From contig JAVYQJ010000002.1 of assembly GCA_038731975.1 (NCBI GenBank), positions 74,986 to 138,985 of the forward strand: 64,000 nt of DNA. The letters are read 5' to 3'. The first letter of the stretch is position 1. Every line of letters starts with the position of its first letter. Below are positions 1 to 6,555 of the stretch, in pieces. Source of the DNA: Thermofilaceae archaeon (lineage in GTDB: Archaea; Thermoproteota; Thermoprotei; Thermofilales; Thermofilaceae). The notes beneath the pieces were generated by a model, which saw nothing but the letters and a program-made list of their open reading frames with translations, was not told the DNA's origin and searched no databases. The position numbers and the translations under genes are program-made.

Positions 1-875
1 AGCTAGCGATCCCCTTCCTCTTCCTAAGACGCCCCCAGTGGGACAAGTTCGCCGGAGCTGAGGACACGTATGCCGCTGACACGGTAATGCCCGACGGCAG
101 AGTCCTACAGATCTCCTCAACGCATGATCTAGGTCAACGCTTCGCAAAAGCGTTCGGGATAACGTTCATGAGAGAGGACGGCAGCCGGGATTACGTTTGG
201 CAAACCTGCTATGGTCCAGGCATCTGGAGGATTGTGGCGGCTCTCATAGCCATCCATGGAGATGAGAAAGGGTTGATCCTACCGTTCGACGTGGCACCCG
301 TGCAAATTGTGATAATCCCGATATACTATGGGGAGGAGAGGGAAGCCGTGCTGCAGAAGTGCAAGCGGATCGAGGAAGTATTGAGGGAATCAGGCTACAG
401 GGTGCATATAGACTTAAGAGAGAGGACGCCTGGGTGGAAGTTTAACGACTGGGAGCTACGCGGCGTACCTGTAAGGGTTGAAGTGGGGCGAAGGGAGGTT
501 GAAGAAGGCTATGTCACGGTCTTCCGCAGGGATTTGAGAGCTAGAACGAAGGTCCCGGACGCAGAGCTTCTTAGCGTTATCCCCAAGATCGCCAGGGACA
601 TGCTAGAGAATTTAAAGAAGCGGGCTGAGGAGTTTTTCAAGTCTAGAATAGCAAAAGCCAGTGATAGAAGTGAAGTTATCGAAGCAATCAAGGCGGGAAA
701 GATTGTGTACATGCCCTTCTGCGGTAGGGAAGAGTGCGCGGAGGACATGCGCCTCAATGCTGATGGTGCTAAGGTCAGGGGCACAGAGATCGACCATCAC
801 GATGGCGATTACGGAGTTTGCGCGTGGTGCGGGATGCCGGCTAGACAGATGGTTTATGTAGCCAGGGCCTACTGA
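1..875 (+). CDS. proS: Prolyl-tRNA synthetase, C-terminal ~290 aa (gene starts upstream of the window)
   Basis: Frame 3 is open from nt 3. The translation ...RPQWDKFAGAEDTYAADTVMPDGRVLQISSTHDLGQRF... continues through an anticodon-binding region and the Cys-rich C-terminal domain (FCGREECAED...CAWCG), ending in Tyr as in archaeal-type ProRS. Confidence 0.9.
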   Translation, partial: LAIPFLFLRRPQWDKFAGAEDTYAADTVMPDGRVLQISSTHDLGQRFAKAFGITFMREDGSRDYVWQTCYGPGIWRIVAALIAIHGDEKGLILPFDVAPVQIVIIPIYYGEEREAVLQKCKRIEEVLRESGYRVHIDLRERTPGWKFNDWELRGVPVRVEVGRREVEEGYVTVFRRDLRARTKVPDAELLSVIPKIARDMLENLKKRAEEFFKSRIAKASDRSEVIEAIKAGKIVYMPFCGREECAEDMRLNADGAKVRGTEIDHHDGDYGVCAWCGMPARQMVYVARAY

Positions 876-3049
876 AATCGTAGAAGGGATCTCTTCGCAG
901 CGAGTTCAGCAGCAAGCTTGACGTAGAGACCTCTCACCTCCTCAAGCACCCTTTCTTTCTCTGCGCGATCAGCCGAGGCGAACTTCGATATCGCATCACT
1001 CATCCGCTCGTAGGCAGCTGTCGCCACCTCTAGCGCAGCTTCCACCTCAGCACGGTTCATCGCCTTGAATATGGATCTCGATCGGGATAGAGCCTCCTCG
1101 ATCGTTCCTGAAGAGATGATCTCGTAAACCTTTGCCACTTTACCGGGAGTCCATCGGAGAACCCTACCGACCCGCTGAACCATCTGCCTTACCTGCCCTG
1201 TACCCGAGAGTATGATGGCCACGTCTGCATCGGGCACGTCGATCCCTTCATCCAATACGGAGGTAGCTACAAGGACCCTTAGACTGCCGTTTTTAAAGCT
1301 CTCAAACGACCTCAATCGCTCCCCCTTCGGTGTTGAGCCAGTTATCAGTGCTGTTCGAGGCTCGACCTCTCGCACGGCTTCGTAAGCCTTCAAAGCCTGT
1401 TCAACGTACTGGCAAAACACTAGGATTTTCCCCTTTTCAGAGCGGACTATCGTCTTTAGAGCTTCTAGCTTCGCCTTTGCACACGAAGCTATCCGTATCA
1501 GTTCCGTTACACGCCTGTAGTCCGTGTCCGCTCCGCTAGCCTCCATGTACCTTGCAGTCTCCTCAGCGTCAAGCTGGACGGGGATGACCTCTACCTTGAG
1601 AGGGGCGAGTAAACCCCTGACAACCAACTCGTAGTATGACGTCGAGTACACGGGTTCGCCGCACATTTTGTAGATAAGCGCCTCATTCTTGTCGGACCTC
1701 TCCGGGGTCGCTGACAGTACAATCACGTATCTGGCCTTAGCTCGCAGAGCTATCTCCTTGAACGTGCGCGCTGGAACATGATGCCCCTCATCGAACACGA
1801 TAAAGCCAAACCTGCCGTATATTTCGGGGAGAGCTTTGACAGCGCTGTGGTAAGTAGCGACTGTGAGAGGCTCGATCCTCTTTTCGCCGCCCGCTAGAAT
1901 GCCCGCCCTCAAGCCTAGACACTCGTAAACGCGCCTTACCCACTGCTTTGCGAGCTCCACAGTAGTGACGCAAACAAGGGTGGGAACCTTCAGCTCGGCG
2001 ATTGCTGCGAGAGCCACAAAAGTTTTGCCAGCACCGGTCGGCATGACTATAGTGCCGCGGCGACCCGCCCGTCTCCACGCGTTAAGCGCCTCCTCTTGAA
2101 ACGAATACAACGTGAAGCGGGGGGTTGGTGAGAGAGAAGGGGTTAGGGGCCAGTTTATCTTCTCTACGACTTGAAGATTGGACTTCTCCAGGAATCTTGC
2201 GGCAATTGGAACTGCAAAGTAGGGAACTTTCACTACACGTCCCGAAAGATTCTTGACCAGCTGAAGCTTCGTAGGCACCAGTTCAATTCCGTTTGCGCTC
2301 ATCACCTGACGGTAGTAATCAACAGACAATTCTGATTGCAACCTGATGACCAAATCTTCGCCTACAGTCTTGGGCAGGATGATAAGAGCCCCTCTCATCC
2401 CCCACTCTACGAGCGTGGCCGCGTTGTCCTGCCCTATCAGCTGCTCAGCTCGCTGCTTCACAAAGTCCTGTTGCTTCGCGGTCAGCGCAGGATCCAGGTG
2501 CGCTAGCAACTCGAGTAGAGCGCTCGCAGATTTCTCGGGTTCCGCCCCCCACTCTACAACAGTTTCTAAAGCCGCTTCTATGTCCAGCTCGTAGTAGTTC
2601 ACGGGCCAGCACTCAATCGTTATCGTTCGCTTTCGCGCGTAGCGCCTTAATAGTTGCCAGCAGAAGGAGCAACCCTCAACTGGTAGTATAATTAACTTTC
2701 CATTATCTATTTCTCTATCTCTAATTTCTTTATCTTTACGTAAGAGCTCTATAATTAAATTCTCACTTTCACTATTGAATATTTCTTTAAATGTTTTCAG
2801 AGCTTCTGCCGAGTATTTTAAAAGTTCCTCAACGCTGGCATCCCATAACCTCTCTTGGGGATGCCACTTGCAGAATTTTTTCACCCTTTCCTTAAATCTT
2901 TCGATTTCGCTCCACGTACACTCCCTCTCCAGCACTTTCCCGCAAATCTTCACCCTGAAAACGCGTGTTGCTTCACGTGTCTGCATCCCTGCAGCCTCTA
3001 CGCACACAGTGAGAGTCTTATATAGGTAGTTTTCAGGCAGGTTTGACAA
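869..3049 (-). CDS. SF2 DNA helicase, XPB/Rad25-like core with ~320-aa N-terminal extension
   Basis: Helicase motifs: I MPTGAGKT, II FDEGHH, III SAT followed by PERSD (compare the XPB RED motif), VI QRVGRVLR. TTG start at 3049. The N-terminal third has no family I recognise and contains an AT-rich K/E/I-rich insert (nt ~2690-2830). Confidence 0.7.
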   Translation of the reverse strand: MSNLPENYLYKTLTVCVEAAGMQTREATRVFRVKICGKVLERECTWSEIERFKERVKKFCKWHPQERLWDASVEELLKYSAEALKTFKEIFNSESENLIIELLRKDKEIRDREIDNGKLIILPVEGCSFCWQLLRRYARKRTITIECWPVNYYELDIEAALETVVEWGAEPEKSASALLELLAHLDPALTAKQQDFVKQRAEQLIGQDNAATLVEWGMRGALIILPKTVGEDLVIRLQSELSVDYYRQVMSANGIELVPTKLQLVKNLSGRVVKVPYFAVPIAARFLEKSNLQVVEKINWPLTPSLSPTPRFTLYSFQEEALNAWRRAGRRGTIVMPTGAGKTFVALAAIAELKVPTLVCVTTVELAKQWVRRVYECLGLRAGILAGGEKRIEPLTVATYHSAVKALPEIYGRFGFIVFDEGHHVPARTFKEIALRAKARYVIVLSATPERSDKNEALIYKMCGEPVYSTSYYELVVRGLLAPLKVEVIPVQLDAEETARYMEASGADTDYRRVTELIRIASCAKAKLEALKTIVRSEKGKILVFCQYVEQALKAYEAVREVEPRTALITGSTPKGERLRSFESFKNGSLRVLVATSVLDEGIDVPDADVAIILSGTGQVRQMVQRVGRVLRWTPGKVAKVYEIISSGTIEEALSRSRSIFKAMNRAEVEAALEVATAAYERMSDAISKFASADRAEKERVLEEVRGLYVKLAAELAAKRSLLRFQ

Positions 3050-3051
3050 GC

Positions 3052-3102
3052 GTGATGAGGGTAGAGACGCTTGACAACGTGATGATAAACCCGCGGGGCT
3101 GA
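3052..3102 (+). ncRNA. C/D-box sRNA (2'-O-methylation guide)
   Basis: Layout: C box GTGATGA 3052-3058, 12-nt spacer GGGTAGAGACGC, D' TTGA 3071-3074, 4-nt loop, C' GTGATGA 3079-3085, 13-nt spacer TAAACCCGCGGGG, D box CTGA 3099-3102. A TATA-like TTATATAG at 3018-3025 lies about 27 nt upstream of the C box. The element sits in the 113-nt spacer between divergent genes. Confidence 0.7.
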
Positions 3103-3162
3103 GTATGGAACCCCTTTAGCAAGCTTTTTACGCTTCCTGCCACACCTCTATCGGCGCTGACG

Positions 3163-3729
3163 ATGGAGTGGAAAAGAGATGTGCTAAGCGCGATGGGGCT
3201 GTCCCTCGTCAGCTTGAGCGCGAAGGACTGGGTACTCCTAATCCTCCATGTAGGCGGTCAAAGCCCCATAAAGGGGGAGGAAATTCTGCATACTATCTTC
3301 TTCATGATGCAATACCCTCCGTTTAACTTTAGACCGCTTATTCTTTCGGTTTATTCTAACGAGCTTCATCATGCGATTGAAGAGTTGACCGAGATGGGCC
3401 TCGTTAAACGAGAATACGCGTTCGAGAAAGGCAGAGCAGTAGAGGTTCTCGCTTTGACGGAGAAAGGCGCCTTCGAGGCCTCCAAACTTGCTGAAAAAGT
3501 GGGGGAGAGCTGGATCTCAATTGGGGGGGTCATGGTTCGTGAAGGTTCTAAAGTGCTTTCTGAATTGGAGGCCATGAAGAAAACCTACAACGGTAGAGAC
3601 ATCACAGAATTGCTGAAGCTCTTCTTAGATAGAATCGATGATCCTGAGAGCACATTTGATCTGTGGTTCACAAGGGATGAGATCGAATATCTGAAGAAAG
3701 TTTACAGATCTTTTAAAAGAATTATGTAA
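3163..3729 (+). CDS. Hypothetical protein, probable winged-helix domain
   Basis: 188-aa ORF with no competing frame. The segment SNELHHAIEELTEMGLVKREYAFEKGRAVEVLALTEKG looks like a wHTH recognition helix plus wing. No family recognised. Confidence 0.5.
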   Translation: MEWKRDVLSAMGLSLVSLSAKDWVLLILHVGGQSPIKGEEILHTIFFMMQYPPFNFRPLILSVYSNELHHAIEELTEMGLVKREYAFEKGRAVEVLALTEKGAFEASKLAEKVGESWISIGGVMVREGSKVLSELEAMKKTYNGRDITELLKLFLDRIDDPESTFDLWFTRDEIEYLKKVYRSFKRIM

Positions 3730-3762
3730 GTAAAACTATTTATCTATTTAAGTAGTAAAAAA

Positions 3763-4788
3763 TCATAGTTTTGAGAATTCTTCATCTAATTTTTCAAATG
3801 TCCATCCCATTCTTCCTAAACCTAGATGCGCTGTTAAGCCTTGGTAAATGAATCCGTCAGCGTCTATATACGCTAGAAGTTCAGCCTTCTTTACACCCTC
3901 AACACGTAGCAATGCCTTATGCACGGCAGACAGTTTCTTAAGAGGTTCATCAACAATCAGGTAAATAGCCTCATCTTCCCCCTGTGGGATGAAAGAATCA
4001 ACAATGCTGGGCACCTCCGATAAAGATTTCAGAAGTAAGAGGGATACAATGGGTTCGGATGCTTCAACCCTGTAAAGGACAGCATTTTCCAGACGCTTAT
4101 GCTCTATGCAATTGCCTATCCACATCCTCCTGAGGTGTAGGCGGTAGTGGTAAGAGGCTAGCTGCTGGGAGAGCCCGTACGATCTCCCGATTTCGCTCAA
4201 ACTGGTAAAGCAGAACTCCTCCTTCATCCGCAAGATCATTAGGTCGACTTTATCTACATCTAGCTTAGGCTTTAGCCGCACATTTATGCCCGTACGTTTA
4301 AGCTCTGAAACCACCTGCGGTAGAGCGTTCCAAGAGGTCGATAACGCCCCCTCGCTAGAGTCCAGCAGCGCACCGGTTGATGGTTGAAACTTTACTTCCC
4401 ATTCCTTCACCCAAACATTTACGGGGGAAAAAGGGAAAATTTGCGCAAACCTTCTTTCCAACCCAACCGGCGGTGCAGCTTCGATCAGTAGTTTAACTCC
4501 CTCTCTGTCCCAGATCTTTACAGCGCACCGTATGAAAGGCAGTGGCTTTGACGCTAGCAACTCGTAGACCCTTTGATCGTACTTTAGCAATAGGTAGAGC
4601 GGAGAAAGCCCAATAGCGCGATAGTCGACCAGGTACCGCAGCCTAGCGTTCCTCGCCAGCTTCTTCACCCTCGCGCTTACGTAAGAGGGAGCTAAACCCG
4701 TAGCTCGAGAAATGTCGCTGTAGGTTTGAGAAAAAGTGATGCTCATAACAATCTTTCTCTCACTATCTGAAAGTGCGTCCCACAGCAT
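3763..4788 (-). CDS. Putative transcription regulator with two HTH + alpha/beta (Lrp/AsnC-like) modules in tandem
   Basis: HTH-like segments are YSDISRATGLAPSYVSARVKKL (N-terminal) and SLSEIGRSYGLSQQLASYHYRL (middle). Each is followed by a ~90-aa region with beta-alpha-beta character. The assignment is by pattern only. Confidence 0.5.
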   Translation of the reverse strand: MLWDALSDSERKIVMSITFSQTYSDISRATGLAPSYVSARVKKLARNARLRYLVDYRAIGLSPLYLLLKYDQRVYELLASKPLPFIRCAVKIWDREGVKLLIEAAPPVGLERRFAQIFPFSPVNVWVKEWEVKFQPSTGALLDSSEGALSTSWNALPQVVSELKRTGINVRLKPKLDVDKVDLMILRMKEEFCFTSLSEIGRSYGLSQQLASYHYRLHLRRMWIGNCIEHKRLENAVLYRVEASEPIVSLLLLKSLSEVPSIVDSFIPQGEDEAIYLIVDEPLKKLSAVHKALLRVEGVKKAELLAYIDADGFIYQGLTAHLGLGRMGWTFEKLDEEFSKL

Positions 4789-5083
4789 TCAATGGATCAT
4801 CAGGCCCGACCATTTATCCTTCTCTCACTCAACGAGATCCACGTCTGTTCGTAAGCCAAAGTGTTTTCCTAATACATCATAATCTTACTTTTACTATTTT
4901 TTAAGAACCTTTTATTTTCCTAAAATTTTTCACATTCGGTTATATTATGTATAAATTAAATAATTAAAAATAACAGTATTGTATCTAATTCATTCCACGG
5001 TTCAGATAAAGAGGGTTGCGCTACTACAGCCAAAGTCAAGGGTAAACATATATACACCCGCCTGAGGGTCTATAGCGACAGCC

Positions 5084-5218
5084 ATGAAAGCGCCTATGAT
5101 GCCGTACGAAGAGGAGGAGGAATGGGAGGAGGAAGAGGAAGAAGAGTGGGAAGAAGAGGAGGAAGAGGAGGAATGGGAGGAGGAATGGGAAGAGGAGGAG
5201 GAAGAGGAAGAGTGGTAA
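5084..5218 (+). CDS. Candidate micro-protein, 44 aa, poly-Glu punctuated by Trp
   Basis: ATG 5084 to TAA 5216-5218 encodes MKAPMMPYEEEEEWEEEEEEEWEEEEEEEEWEEEWEEEEEEEEEW. A TATA-like ATATATA at ~5048-5054 lies about 30 nt upstream of the ATG. The ORF is below the 60-aa cutoff of the supplied track. Coding status is uncertain because the DNA is a polypurine repeat. Confidence 0.35.
   Translation: MKAPMMPYEEEEEWEEEEEEEWEEEEEEEEWEEEWEEEEEEEEW
5108..5215. repeat. Polypurine (GAR)n low-complexity tract
   Basis: About 108 nt of GAA/GAG/GGA units on the + strand, interrupted only by the T of five TGG triplets. Confidence 0.9.
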
Positions 5219-5265
5219 GCCGCCGATTCGGAAAAACCTTATCATAGCCATTTAGTCTTTCTTTA

Positions 5266-6117
5266 TTAAATGAGTTCGGTCAGATCCCAAACCAGTTTAG
5301 CTATTTTAAGCAATGATCTGAATGCTGGAGCGTCACTGAACATGATGTTTAAATCTTCTAGTGCATTTGTTGCTTCAGGCCGCATACTTCTATTTAAAAA
5401 TGCTTCAACACTCCTTTTCTGATACTTTGCTATGATTTTCGCTGTATCGAGTAAACCTTCACTAGGCTGTAAGTAAGTCATCCTCTCGGCTTCATCCCCA
5501 ATTTCTTCGAGAAGTTTAGCAAAAAGGCGTGCATCAACCATGAATAGCCTTTCTTGGTCGCTTGCTTCAGGGGATCGAATCGTGCTTCTGATTAATCGCA
5601 CTGTGAGAAAGTAGAGCCGATCTAGCCTATCGTCGCGCGCACGAACGAGCTTTAGGGTCTCTTCGTCCCCTGCTTCCAGCGCTGCCGCCGCATCGACGTA
5701 CATGCTTCTGGAGATTGCATCCATTCGAGAAAGAACCCCCTTAACGTCGTACCCTTCACTGATGAAACACTGTAGCACAAGCCGATCGGGCCCCTCTTCA
5801 ACAACTTCTAAGCCAACCAGTAGATTTAAAAGATTATCCATTTTTTTCAATAACTTATCACTAGGTTGCTCAATCTCTATGACCTCATAACCTTCCAGGT
5901 AAGCCTTGATGATATCCCGTCCACTGCCACCAACTATCTGCTTTACCCTTACATCGGGAAAAACCTTCTCAACGGGCTTCAGAAGAAGCCCCTCCTCAAC
6001 AACCTCTATTGCTAACACGCTGCCCGGAGCCAACCTCCTACTCTCAATCCAACCCCTAGGTATGGACACGTACAAGCTATTACCCACCTTCACCAGCCTC
6101 CTGTAAACCCTAGTCAT
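5266..6117 (-). CDS. AbrB/SpoVT-domain + PhoU-like regulator
   Basis: The N-terminus VKVGNSLYVSIPRGWIESRRLAPGSVLAIEV is a swapped-hairpin AbrB-type motif. The remainder is helical with the D..R.DRLY pattern typical of PhoU repeats, an architecture common in archaeal phosphate uptake regulator homologues. Confidence 0.7.
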   Translation of the reverse strand: MTRVYRRLVKVGNSLYVSIPRGWIESRRLAPGSVLAIEVVEEGLLLKPVEKVFPDVRVKQIVGGSGRDIIKAYLEGYEVIEIEQPSDKLLKKMDNLLNLLVGLEVVEEGPDRLVLQCFISEGYDVKGVLSRMDAISRSMYVDAAAALEAGDEETLKLVRARDDRLDRLYFLTVRLIRSTIRSPEASDQERLFMVDARLFAKLLEEIGDEAERMTYLQPSEGLLDTAKIIAKYQKRSVEAFLNRSMRPEATNALEDLNIMFSDAPAFRSLLKIAKLVWDLTELI

Positions 6118-6265
6118 CGTTTAAGCCACCACAGCTACTGCTAAAACTGTCTTAAGTGTTTTAACACTAGAAAGCGTGCCACATATTCTCACAAATGCTT
6201 ATCCGTCGAAGAATCTCTTCTCACTCGCGTAAAACTTTAAACCCCCGACTTACTGCCTTTTCAGG

Positions 6266-6449
6266 GGCCCACCCCCGAAAGTCCGGGCGCGGGGACCAGC
6301 CCCGCGTAGCTCAGCGGTAGAGCGGCCGGCTGTAGTCGGCGCCCGCGGCGACATGGCCGTAAGGCCAAAGGATGAGAACGCGGCAGCCGGCAGGAAACCG
6401 CGCTTAAGTAGTAGAAACCGGTAGGCCCCCGGTTCGAAGGGGGTGGGCC
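6266..6449 (+). tRNA. Circularly permuted tRNA-Tyr(GUA) gene with two additional introns
   Basis: The 3' piece (T60-A73 plus CCA, 6282-6298) lies 1 nt upstream of C1 (6300). Acceptor strands CCCCGCG (6300-6306) and CGCGGGG (6288-6294) pair, giving C1-G72. D arm is GCTC/GAGC and the anticodon GTA is at 6332-6334. T stem is CCCGG 6428-6432 with CCGGG 6283-6287. Leader 6266-6275 pairs with trailer 6440-6449 around a 4-bp helix and two 3-nt bulges. A TATA-like AAAACTTTAAA lies at ~6229-6240. Confidence 0.8.
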
Positions 6450-6555
6450 TTTACGCTACCCTCTTCTAAAAATTCTTCCCAACCATACTAGAGAACTTTT
6501 GTTATATTACCTTAGTTTACCTACTCAGTTTGCTCAGTAAAGAATTATGCAAGCT

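Noticed and set aside
3086-3098. Possible targeting of the tRNA-Tyr acceptor stem by the D guide of the C/D sRNA
   Set aside because: The complement of the guide (CCCCGCGGGUUUA) matches the tRNA-Tyr 5' strand (CCCCGCGUAG) for only 7 nt, which is too short for a guide-target duplex.
5036-5251. 71-aa minus-strand ORF rich in Leu/Phe/Pro (LFLLLFPFLLPFLLFLLFF...)
   Set aside because: It is the antisense reading of the polypurine GAR repeat. It has no promoter-like element, it runs into the 3' end of the convergent gene region, and its composition is a repeat artefact.
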